Shown piece after piece: positions 25,560 to 37,656 of a DNA stretch of 64,000 nt (positions are counted from its first letter, which is position 1; every line of letters starts with the position of its first letter). Source of the DNA: Nemertoderma westbladi. Its lineage: Eukaryota; Animalia; Xenacoelomorpha. The stretch lies in NCBI GenBank assembly GCA_032718475.1, contig JAUCBJ010000548.1, forward strand, positions 62,001-126,000, in the 5' to 3' direction. The translations under genes and the position numbers were made by a program. The notes under the pieces were generated by a model that saw nothing but the letters and a program-made list of their open reading frames with translations, was not told the DNA's origin and did no database searches.

Positions 25560-25937
25560 GATGCGTTTTCATATATTATTACTTGTAACTCGCAAAAATG
25601 TAACTAAAACAAAATTAAGATTGCTGTGGTCTACTTTGAGTTCATTGCCAGAAGACTTTAGTGTTTATTTTATGTAGTAAATTAAAGGTATTGTAAATTT
25701 AATGTTACATGTTTTTGTCGAATTTATTTGTGTTTAGTAGTGGTAAGGTGAGGAGGGCCTTTCCATGAATAATGGTAGTTTCGAGCGAACTACAAGCAAC
25801 TTCCTTAGTCAATGCTATCACTTGTTGTTAGAAACTAAACTGCCCCCATAAATTTTGCCCAGGACAATTCTCACCCGGACAATTCCCCCTTAGATCAAAA
25901 TAGCCCCCAACCCGTGAACAATTTCCCCTGAACAATA

Positions 25938-26971
25938 CAATAGGGTTGGTGCGCGAAAAAAATTGTTGGGCTAGAAATAATTTAATAAAGAGTAACAAGG
26001 TACCCTGAATCGAGTGGCGGGTGTGTTTTTTGTACGAACACGAGGGAGCGGTCGAAATCGCGGGTTTAAGTAAGCGCGGGAAGCAATCATTGAAAATCGG
26101 CTGTGATTGGCTGCTACAAATTTGACGTCACTACAACGTGCTCTTATAATTTCTTATCTTAATTTTTATGGATGGTGATTTTCGATCCATCCCAATACAC
26201 ATAAAATCGTAACCTTTTCACACGTGGCTTATATCATGTAAGCGGATAGTCCATAGTTTTGCGCGACTTTTGACACTATTAATTAAATTCATGATGAGGA
26301 ACATTGATAAAATGATGTTTCCAGCATTATTTCCAGCAGCAATACTGCTTTCCAAGCTTTATTGAGTTTGAGTACGGTAAGGTCTACAGATTCGATTTAT
26401 AATAACACTAAACTTGTAATACATGTCAGTCGGTACTATAATAATAATTGGCAGTAGGCTACTTGTATATTAAAAATGTGTCACCGGTAACCCCAACTTA
26501 TGAACTAAGCTGAAATACTCAGATAATGCAATAGGCTGATACTGAGTGCTTGGTAGGCCTACCGGTCAGGCAATCTGCCGAGTTTGCAATTATGAATAGC
26601 CCTTCATCAATCTTCCTAATCATTAATTTTTTAGTTGTTGTGTTAAATGATACGTAATACTCTCAGCTTTCAATTGTTAAGCCACGGGGAAACTTATTGA
26701 GATTAAATGTGTATTTAAATGGATCTAAAATCACCCTCCATAGAAAACAATATAATAAATTATCAGAGTACTGCGTAATGACGTGAAATCTGTAGCAGCC
26801 AATCACAGCCGATTTAAAAAATTGGCTTCCCGCGCCATTTCGACCGTTTCCACATGTTTTTACATAAAACACATCCCGTAACTCGATTCAGAGCACCTTG
26901 TTAGCCCTTATTCGTTTATGTTTAGCCCAATAACTTTTTGTCCAATCTTAAAATTATGTCCAACCCTATTG
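25938..26971. mobile_element. ~1-kb non-autonomous DNA transposon with long (~250-bp) imperfect TIRs
   Basis: Ends caatagggttgg and ccaaccctattg. Internal mirror pairs include aaatcggctgtgattggctgctaca / tgtagcagccaatcacagccgattt and ctgaatcgagt / actcgattcag. Confidence 0.8.
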
Positions 26972-27947
26972 CCCCCCGTGACTGCATACTGCACTAAATT
27001 TCAACCAACGCCCCAACCAGCCACCCGACAAAAATAATTACACATACAGCAAAATGCAATTATTGGTGTAATATGTAAGTTAAAAAAAATTTGATAATAA
27101 TTGTTAGCTGCATAAACTTATGTTAAAAAAAAAAGGGGGGCCTCAGTTAGCCATTCTTACAGCCAGAAGTTTATTTTTAATATTGTTGTTATTTTATAAC
27201 AATCAACAACATAAATATTATCAATTAAAATATAATTAGTAAATTTAGAAAATTATAAAATAATAAAAGTAAGAAATATATTATAATAACCTAGGTAGCA
27301 ATTGTCCGGGTCAATTCATTGTACTTTTTAGATGGTGAGTAATTATTATTATATTGTTGCTTTGCGTTAAATATAATAAAATATAATAAAATATAATAGA
27401 GCTCATGAAAAGGGCAGCGATAATAACTGTCTGTAATGGCAGCAATATATAATATTTCGTATCTTTTATTTGTTGTTATCTGCTATTCAGTATAAAGGGT
27501 TACTTACACTTCCTGTTTTTGAATGTCGCATATTACAAAACAGACTTGCATGGCACAGTTATACTTCAGTAATGCTGTTTGTTTGCATAAGATTACAGGG
27601 CAGTCGTCGTCAGGCTTGTTTCGAACGATTATGGATACAGTAGTTAATAATGGCGCGGTTGTGCTTGAGATTGTCACATAAGATTTCTATTTAACCTTTG
27701 AAACCAAATAAAAGTAGTCTCGTGATGTCGTTACGTGAGACAGGGGGGAAACTGGACGCAAATCACATCTTGGCGATTTAATATCCCGCCTCAATGTTAA
27801 GTTCTCAATTTAGGGAAAGGAGCAGGTTACAGTGGACGTTATTTTAACCAAAACAATAAACTAAACACAATAGAACAGGTTTCAGTTTTATTTTTGAGAA
27901 TAATCAGCTGTTATTTGCGTCGAATTTCTCCCGGAGAGGGATGAATT

Positions 27948-28292
27948 GTAAAGTACTTTGCAACAAGTATTTATGTAGTTTTATTCCAAAATTGTAACAG
28001 TACGAAATGATTGTATATATATTATAAGTGATATAAACTGCACAAATTAAATTAGTTGCTGTATTAATAAATGTAAAAATTACATAAATTATGTTAAAAA
28101 AAGTTAGCTTATATTTATTATGGCGTTTGGAGCCATGTTAATAATATAGCTACTGGTTATTAATAGCTATACCCCGCCTACCGGTAGGTAATGCAGTAGG
28201 CCTATCCGGCTGACAGGTAAATACCACCTATTGTTTACGTGGTAACCAATGAAGGCGTTAAGTAATGTCCACTAAGGGGACATTACTTAACT
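27948..28292 (+). mobile_element. Interspersed repeat ending in a strong hairpin; inverted copy at ~62194-62545
   Basis: Terminal gttaagtaatgtcc-actaagg-ggacattacttaac forms a 14-bp stem. About 350 bp is shared in reverse complement with 62194-62545. Confidence 0.75.
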
Positions 28293-29418
28293 GAATTATA
28301 CCAATACAATACTAAATGTACAGGACAATACAATGCTGTAAAATCCTCAAAAGTTGTAAAGTGCTACATAACAACTCGCTGTTAATACTAACGGCATTGA
28401 GTAATGTTACAATTTTTGAATAAAGATCATTATATTTATAAATTTAATTTTTTCGCTGTAACAGTGGCCTAGTATCCGAATTTGTAAAGCATACTTATTA
28501 TTACTCGTCGTGGCTGTAAAATAATGTGCTAAATTTTACTACAATTGGATGTCTATAGTCAGTCACGGACATTAATGTTGTCATTTTAAAACAGAAAGAA
28601 ATTATTAGGCACTTGCGACATTGCATTATCCTGCTATTTTAGGGCAGTTATGTAGCTTTTCTGTGTCACCTCTCACTTAGGGTCATTCACATAACTCTTA
28701 GAACGGCTGTACTGATAAATATATTATTAACTGGGTGTGATATATTGGAATATGTCATCATATTGTGGCAAACTGACCACATACCATTCCCAAACCTACC
28801 GACTGACCCAAACAATAAATATAAACCATTATATAGTCCCCTACAAATTAAGTTTATTTCATCTCCCGCACTCACTCACATTTCACTTCTAAATATGTAA
28901 AATAATACAAGTAGTATGATATAGATAAGTCGGTAGTTAAAGTAGTCAAATACGCTTTGACCAGTGACAGTTCAAGCTCCACTTTGAAAATATTAATAAC
29001 AATAAAAAATAAGACGATTATTACAACGTATCTACATCTATGCTGAATTGTTACTGTTAATTGCTGGTTAAGTAAATTATGTATGCCTTTTTATTGTCCA
29101 TTATATTATTCATTATTGTTCATTATATTACATCGCATAGGTGAGACCTCATGTTTACTATTTGTAATGTCATTCGAAAATATTTTAAGGAATGGAGCAA
29201 ACTTCAGCACAATAGAATTCCATACATTGCTCTAATTTCAGCAATTTGAAAAATATAATCTGATAAAGTCTCTAGTTATCGAATAGTTGTTGTACCTTTG
29301 TGCTTGTACCAAAAATGAAAGAGATAAGTAATTCATCTGCTTTATATTCAGAGCCCGAAATGGAAAATTTAATTATTTGAAAAATGCGAATTAAAAATTC
29401 AAACTAAAACTAATTTAC

Positions 29419-29967
29419 CTTATCAACTCTCTTGTCAACAGCCTCATCATCATCTATGGCGAATCGCAGTTCTGCAACTACCTTTTTAACCTCTGCCATT
29501 CCCCATGACTTTAGTATCAGGTAGGGAACATAGTATGCACCAGCTCCTAGAAAGAAATAAAAAGGCACCCACTGGTACCACAGATGGTAGACTCTAGTAG
29601 CCGCAATCACATCATTGGGGTCACAAGGAATGACGTTCCCGTAGAGATCTAAACGACCTTGTTGGCAATGAGGTACATCTTCAGGAATGATACCGGGGTA
29701 AGGGAGATATTGGGAAGGTATATCATAAGCTTCCTTGATGGTATACAGTCCTTGAGTCCAACAATAATCCTCCGAGAACTGTATTGTAAACTTTTCAAAT
29801 CCATGGCATTCTAGAATGTTTCCGAGATACGATCGTACAGAAGCGACTGTTCCCATGACCATCATTAAGGAAAACATTCCGATGCGATTCAACCGGTCCC
29901 AACCATCATCTATAGATAGTTGACCCTTGGCCAGAGGGATCGCCTTGAAAATGTCAACAAAACTCAT
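29419..29967 (-). CDS. Innexin first exon variant V3 (distal), 183 codons, with no downstream exons of its own seen
   Basis: ATG at 29967; 19 amino-acid differences from V2 over 183 residues by manual count. Donor AAG|GTAAAT at 29419/29418. Confidence 0.88.
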
Positions 29968-30894
29968 CTTATCTGAGTTGTCACATATACCAGGTATCGT
30001 ATATTGTAATTAAAACAACAGTAACTTTTACTGGCAGGTTTCTTTTATTGGGTAAATCATTATTTATCATATGTATTTGTGTTTGGTAAAACGTGAACTG
30101 ATCGTGTCGTGTTAAGGAGGCGCAATAATAATGGATACTGGTCGCTTGGTGTGGACCACAAACGATTTATGACAATCATTGAAGTCATTATCAATGGTGT
30201 TTGTAGTTGTTGCAATGAGATATCAAGTGCGTTTAGGTAATAATCACGATTCAGCAACAGTCGCGATTTGGTAATTCATTTGTGATTCGGCAAAAAAAGT
30301 CCACAGTTACGAAAACCAGTAAAATAAAAATTTCTAAAATATATTCTCACAGCAGAATAATCATTGTTCCACAGAGATAGAAAGACTGTTATCATTGATA
30401 ATAGATACACAATTATCATCAGAGAAAGCTATTCTATATTGACCTGTATTGTTATGTAAATGGATCAAATCTGATTAAAGAATATGGGTAGGTTTGTTGA
30501 TTCCATTCAAGTCGTATACAAAGCTGGTCCCGAAACACCAATTCATTTAAACTAAACAGCACTACAGGAGTTCGATTGTATGTAATAATAATTGTGTATC
30601 AGATTAATTATTATTATTATTAATATTTTCATAACAACATGCGCACTAAGCGCTATAGTTTAAATTGCCCGGTTCAGAATACTCAACATAATCATGAACA
30701 TACAGTAGGTTATAATGTATGCATAGGTACCGAAAAAAGAAACCGTGAAAACCCAATCAATTTCAATTTATAACTAATATTATTATACCATACCAGACTT
30801 TTATAATAACACTTAATATCTAATAGGCTTACATTAATAATTATGGAATTAATAAATGAAAACTGCGGTAGTAGCTCTAATTTATATAATACTT

Positions 30895-31420
30895 TCAAGG
30901 TAGGAATTCAGACCGACGTTTAAATGCCTTAAAAACATATATGCTTAATTGTTTTGTTTTGTTCTGAGATGGTAAAGCTAATAACTCAAATAATTTACCA
31001 ATTGTAGGTAATCTTGTGTATTTAGCGGGAAGAAATTTCTCCCGCAGGGATTTATAAAGCGGACACTTCAATACGAAATGGTATTCGTCCTCAACCTCCC
31101 CCAGATCGCAAAGTTGGCACAATCTCTCGCCACGCGGAATATTGTGCCAACGACCGAGCTCGACCTGCAGACGGTGAGACGAACATCTCAACTTTGTTAA
31201 TGTCCGACGCAGGGTTGGGTAACCACTCATATAGTTTAGATACTGCTCCATACCAAACGAGTGTTTAACATACCACAAACTACGTGAGGTACTAGCTAAA
31301 TTAGTCCACCATGTTTGAATGAAATTATCTTTTACTATTTGCGATAGCTGACTTATAAGTATTTTAGAATCGGGAACAAATTGATTATCCCATATGTAGT
31401 TTAGTCCTGCGCCATACAAT
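30895..31420 (-). mobile_element. 3' fragment of a LINE ORF2 with C-terminal CCHC Zn-knuckle (RTE-X-like)
   Basis: LTKLRCSSHRLQVELGRW...RLCQLCDLGEVEDEYHFVLKCPLY. Confidence 0.75.
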
Positions 31421-31499
31421 GGTACAATGGTACCATACAATGGTATTAATGGTACCGATACAGTTTAATTTTGTGGAATTATGTTATAAGACATAAATA

Positions 31500-33897
31500 C
31501 TACTACTACTAGGTCGAGCGAACTCGGACAGTGGAAATGAGATCCTTCCAGGCTTCCCGATTCTCCATAGTTGTCGCAATTTCGTTTCTCCCAAGTTCAG
31601 TATCCCTTTCAAGTTGATCTATATATGTTATGGCCGGTCGTCCACGACTACGCTTTCCATGAGTTGGTTGCCAGAGAAGTAGATCTGGTATGACCTCGTC
31701 TTTACTTCGCCAGCAGTGCCCAATGAATCTTAACCTCCGTTCACGTAGGGTGGTTGATACAGGTGGTATTGTACCATAAAGCTCGGCGTTTGTCATGTGT
31801 TGTCTCCAGCTGATGTTTAGGGCTGCCCTTAGTAGTCTTGTGTAGCAACCACCAATTCGTTGTTCAAGTGATTTAGTCAGTGTCCAGGTCTCACCCCCGT
31901 ATAAAAATACACTTTCCACTGTGGCTCGAAAGAACTTAGTCTTCAGGTGCCTGGAGAGATCTGATTTCCAGATGGTATCCATTTTTGATAGAGCTACCCA
32001 GGCCTTTGCTTTCCTAACTTCTATGTCCTTTTTGCTACTCTCTATCCATGATCCAAGGTACTGGAAGTCATCGACCTTCCTTAGTTGATTATTATCAATG
32101 GTTGTCAAGTTCCCATCAACATTAAAGATCATGAATTCGGTCTTTGTAGCATTTATATGCAATCCAACCTCCTTAGCAGCCCTCCCCACTTTATTTAGTA
32201 GAAGCTGTGCATCTGCTAGCGTATTAGAGAGCAGGGCGATGTCATCCACAAAGTCGGTGTCTGTGACTGTAGTTGCCGGATATCTACTACTTCTGCGTTC
32301 TTGAAGTGTGAATCCCAGATCTTCACCCTTTGTGGCCGTCCTCATTGCGTAATCCAGCACAATTACAAATAGTAATGGTGCTAATGTGTCACCTTGCAGT
32401 ACGCCAGCCAGGATTGAGAAAAACTCAGTTTCACCATCTGGTGAGAGTACCTGCGCTTCTGTGTCACAATATAACAATCCAATGCCAGCAACAATTACTT
32501 CTGGTATTCCATAAGCTCTTAGGATTTCAAGCATTTTACCTCTATGGATGGAGTCGAATGCCTTCTTGAAGTCCACAAAAGTCATGACTGCGGGGAGATT
32601 CTTTGACTTAATTCCTTCAATCAGTCTCCGTAGTGCAAGTATCTGAGCTATTGTTGATCTACTTGGTCGAAATCCGTTTTGGCTCTTACGCAGTAGTTTC
32701 TCTATGTGAGGCCTAATCCTATATAGAATCATTTTATTGTATATTTTGGCAGCTACCACAAGCAGACAGATCCCACGATAGTTTGTTGTATGCCGAGGTC
32801 TCCTTTCTTGGGGAGAGGCTTTAGTTGACCTTTAGTCCAAATTGGTGGTGGCTTTTCCCCTTTTAACATCCGGTTGCAAATAATGGTCTGTTTAGCACTC
32901 CGGTTTTCCATACCTCCGCTGGGATTTCATCTAATCCACTCGCTTTATTATTGGACATGCTTTTAATGCTTCTTTGGAGTTCGGCAGGTGTGAAGTCCCC
33001 TGTTTCTATAGGTAGTGTCTTGTCATATATTTTCCTTGTAGGGCTGACCTCGATGTTTGGTGGCTGCCCAAGCAAGTTGCTGAAGTGATTTTTCCACTTC
33101 CCAACACGTTCTTCAGGACTATCGGCTTTGAGGCGCCCCTTTGCACAACTTTTACGACCAGATACCTCATTTACAGTTTGCCAGGTAAGTCTCGATTGTT
33201 GCTGTATGTGAGCAGTTGTAATTGCTTCAGTTTTATCCTGTATGTACTTTTCCTGGCTGATGTTGTAGGCCAATTTAAGATCGTCCTTAGCTTTCTCAAC
33301 CTTATTAATGTTTTCAGTTGTTGGTTGTTCGGTTTTAACTTTGTAGGCTATCTTAAGATCTTCTCTCTTACAAGTAACCTCAGAGTTTTGCCATGGCACA
33401 TACTGTTTTCGTTTGGGTTTCTGGGGGATATGCCTCTTAGCTGATTCCTTGTGGGCTGTTATTGTATTCTGGTATATTGAATCGGTGGATTGGTCTTCAT
33501 CCATTGACTGAAGTGCTTCAAAGCGGTTTTGAACTTCTACTGTATAAGCATCCTTTACAGCATTGTCAGTTCTGAGTTTCTCCCAGTCATAGTTGATTTG
33601 CTTGCTTGTCCTGGGTTTGCTGGCTCTCAAACTGAGTCTTATCTCTGCAGTCACAATTCTGTGGTCCGAACCAATTAGGTTGAACGAGCTGTATGCCTCG
33701 CAGTTGACCATGCTGTTTCTCCACTTTTTGTTTATAAGGATGTAATCCCGTTGTGCTTTGGTTCCATTAGGGTATTGAAAGGTCCATAGCTTCCCCTTAC
33801 TCTTTTCGAATGTGTTGTTTGTTGGTATCAATTCACATTCTTCCATTAGGTCTAAAAGTAAGTAAGTACCCATTTCTGTTAGAACTGGTGTTATAGG
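31500..33897 (-). mobile_element. 5'-truncated RTE-clade LINE (end of APE domain plus RT), frameshifted, with (AGT)n tail and 13-bp TSD
   Basis: APE remnant DYILIN...GSDHRIV; RT motifs QNGFR, FVDFKKAFDSI, GVLQGDTLAP, DFVDD and YLGS. Frame break near 32760-32870. Tail ctactactact at 31500-31510. TSD taagacataaata at 31487-31499 and 33898-33910. Confidence 0.92.
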
Positions 33898-35069
33898 TAA
33901 GACATAAATAAGCTCTATAAAACACTTCATAAAGATAAATTTAAAAAAATAAAAAAACTCCATATATAAAATTCCAATAAAAAGTCGACCGAAAAGTGAA
34001 ATCCTGGTATTCTTCACATGGGCGGGAATTATAATTATTGTTAGGTAACCTCTTGTCTATCATAACGCACAATTCAATTCAATTCTTTTATATTGGTCTA
34101 AAACTTCAGTCAGCAAGCTGAGCTGAAGGCAGTTTAAAACAACTGATAATTATAAGACCAACGTCTACGCTACCCTAAGTACAACCAAACAAATACGTGA
34201 ACCACAAGTAATGTTTATTTTAATTTTGGTAATAAGTTATTAAAATTATGAATTTTTTCTTGTTTTAATCGGAAGGTCATTCCATAATTTTACCAATTTA
34301 TTAACTAAACTGTTTTGTACTACAGATAATGATTTACTTATTTTAGGCAATTTTAACTTCCCAGTTAGCCCGTTTAATAAATTAGCCCTAATTATATCTG
34401 TCTGTCCCAATGAATGGTAATTTAATTTTAGTAAAAGCGTTTCTCAATCCATAACTATATTTGAAAATGAAAAGAAGACCAAAGTATTCTCTAAAAGCCG
34501 ATCACAGGGGAATTTTTGCTAATTTTCGCAGGTCAGTGATCGTGCAATCCCTAATCTTCCTGCTGTATAGTGTATACACTGCACGGTCAGTGTTTATGCA
34601 ATGCTTCCCCAACATTCAGGCTGGGTAACACCACATACGACCCACTTTTAAACACCACAACCGCACACTCCAACGCTTTTTACAAACTATCAACACAACT
34701 CATTTAATTGTCTTAATGGGACAATGAGCCCAACCCTTTTAATCGTTTTATCTTACGTGCATTCATAGCCGGTAGTTTATTGTTTGTCCGTATTTATCGT
34801 TTAAATGTTCCCGTTCATATCGTTTTTACCAACCTTGACTAATATAGCCGCTGGGGCGTAAGCCAGACTGTTAATTAATTAATACAACACGTTAAGCATA
34901 ATTCTGTACCTTCTCTAAATTGTATAATATTTCCTTATGACCTTTTGACCCATGTAGTGAAACTACAATAAACAACAGTAATGATGTAATGGCATAGTAA
35001 GAGTTTTATATATCATAAGTTTAGTTGAATTTTTTAGCTCTCCCTTTATTTTACGTAAACATGATGCGA

Positions 35070-35720
35070 TTTTGTTCTAGTGTCAAGCTTGGGGGAACCA
35101 ATGAGACACCTCCAATGTTATATAGTGTCTGGTTGGAGATGTGTGCATTGTACTTGACACAATGAACCCGGCGTAGCATTCTTGTGCATGTGCCATCCAG
35201 TGAATTGGTGTCCTCAGCAGTTAGAGCCCAGCATGGACTCCAATAGCGGAGTACTGGAACTACTGCTGCTCTAAATAATCGGACCTTAAGTTTCCGATTA
35301 ATTGGGTGGTGCTCACCGACTAGATGTAGAAACATTGGGTGGTGCTCACCGACTAGATGTAGAAATATTGGGGGGTGCTCATGCTCACCGACTAGATGTA
35401 GAAACATTGGGTGGTGCTCATGCTCACCGAGTACTCAGCAGTCTAGCACTGGAAACATCCAATGTCGGTTTATTTGTAAATGCTACAACATCAGAATTCC
35501 TACTGTAAACTTAATTTCCCCCAGCAGGTAGGAGTTGTCATTGGATAATCTTGTTGGTAGACCAGGCTACCTACGTTCTTGGATTCAAAGAACTGTTGAG
35601 ATCCCATCTCGGGTACAAAATGACAAAGCATGGTTAAATTTATTCCAGGCAGCAGTAGAGTCTACACTGCAATCTGTGAACCCTGATCCCAGACTCTTAC
35701 TGCATGTAAGCGAGATTTCT
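35070..35720. mobile_element. Two opposed RTE-type RT fragments separated by a ~30-40-bp tandem repeat
   Basis: 35070-35302 (-) is nearly identical to 40523-40753. 35430-35700 (+) gives LSSLALETSNVGLFVN...YLRSWI...KAW..LFQAAVEST. Repeat ggtggtgctcaccgactagatgtagaaa lies between them. Confidence 0.7.
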
Positions 35721-37599
35721 TGCTATGCTTACGTTCATCTGAGATTTTTTCAAGGGAACTTGGTGAGATGAACAAGAAAACTATATAATGCGGTCTCGTT
35801 TGAATATTTCCCAGCAGTGTCAGGTTCATCCTCTGTGAGTGGGGCGTTTGGAAATATACATCTTTCGAATAATGAAACATTTTGAAGAACTATGTAAACT
35901 CGTCTTTAATTATTACACAGCTTACAAAATTGCAAATTATCAAATAGTAACTGTATTTTATTTATATTGATATGGAAGGTTACCAATAAATTGATGTTTG
36001 TCCTTTTGCCGAATTGCGAATTACCAAATACACAACGTTGTAAGTTTGTAATTATCACATACTGTGAGACCAGTGATGATAACATTATAAGTTGTCTCGA
36101 AAGAAGTTTATAATAGGTAATTATTTTTCTATATTTTTAAATAAAAGTGACAATCTCGTAGTAGGCCTATTGTTATCTGTTTAATCGTTATCTGTTGATC
36201 AGTATAAAGTATCAGTGACTTACACCTCCATAATAATCCAAATTTGAATGTACAGTGCTACACCAAACATACCTACGCATTAATCCATTACCAATGTTTG
36301 CGTAAGACAGCTAAAGTTGTACGACTTGCGCTTACTTATATACAGTTTCCGCTGTTGTGCGTGGGAATGACAAATGTGATGTCGATTTGATCTTTGAAAC
36401 CAAATAAACGCAGTCACGAGAATTGTTATTGTGAAGATCTAATGTGATATTAAGGAATTATAACTTTTATTATAGAATTCCAATAACACTACACACCTCC
36501 GAAGCTGTGGGGGTTGTAATATGCCGTCAGGGATAATGACTGTAGAAAGGGTCTAATGACACGGTTAATAAAAACAGTTTCTATTTATATGACCATTTCA
36601 TCCTCACGGACATCTTAAGTAAATCAATTAAAATATATATTATACAACATTAAAACACAATTTTTAAACCTAAACCATAATATTAAATTTGACGTACGGT
36701 ACAACTAATTATTATGCTACCATATCAGATATTAGATATATACACAGATATAATACTGTATGTAGGCCTAGATAGAATTGTACATGTGTTGTTAAGGTAT
36801 TAAACGTTCAACTGTTAAAAATTAAAAAAAATTAAAATAAAATAAAAGGGTGCTAAATATATTGTTGGCTCGGTAAAAGTAGGTAACAGCAAAATTACGG
36901 ATTTAAAAAAAGAACGTTAAAACCGTAAAATGATTAAAAAATGACTAAAAATTGTTGGTTCCGATATAAAGTTGTTGAAGTTTACCATTTACAAATAAAG
37001 GTGGGGCTGTTAAAAAGCTAAAAAATTTAAAAAAATGTTGGATCTGAAATAAAAAATCATTAAAATATATAATTTAAAATAAAAGAGTACCTAAGCGTTA
37101 AGAGCTGCATAAAATGAGAGGTAAAGATACATTGAGGTTATACATACAGGAGATACATACAAGAGGTTACTGAAATAAAGGGAATTAGTAATATGCCGTG
37201 GTGTTTTTGTGCTACGGAAAATCCGATAGTCAGCGATACGAATTTAATAAAGACGGGTACCGGTAATCTTAAGAAGTACTAGAACATGGAAACATTTCAT
37301 TAACATTTCATTTCAGTATTCGCCGAGAATCTGCCATTCAGTGTGGTTGAGATTAATCGCCTGTGCAGCAGTGCCAATCCATCCTGTTCGCCTAACACCT
37401 GTGAATAATCTCCTGTTATGTTTGTTCAGTGGGATCTCGTTTGCGTCTCACACGCACATTTATCTTGTAATTAGGATCGAAACGTATAGGTTTTATACGT
37501 TTGTAAGTCACATGACCCATGTCATCGATCTCCTGCCCTCGTCAGCCCATAGGTGTAATAGGATCGAAACGTAACTGTTTGGCCAACCAGTAGCTCCGA

Positions 37600-37656
37600 C
37601 CAATCAGCATTCAGAACGTTCCGATCCCGATTTGCATAATGTCTGCCTATAAAAGG
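37600..37656 (+). promoter_or_regulatory. CCAAT, octamer and TATA motif cluster (possibly part of a retroelement terminal repeat)
   Basis: CCAAT at 37600, ATTTGCAT at 37630-37637, TATAAAAGG at 37648-37656, followed by a pyrimidine-rich tract. Confidence 0.4.

Noticed and set aside
25002-29967. V2 and V3 as truncated two-TM proteins or plain pseudogenes
   Set aside because: Disfavoured but not excluded. Both are intact, keep all cysteines and keep the exact donor; the stop two codons later is intronic.
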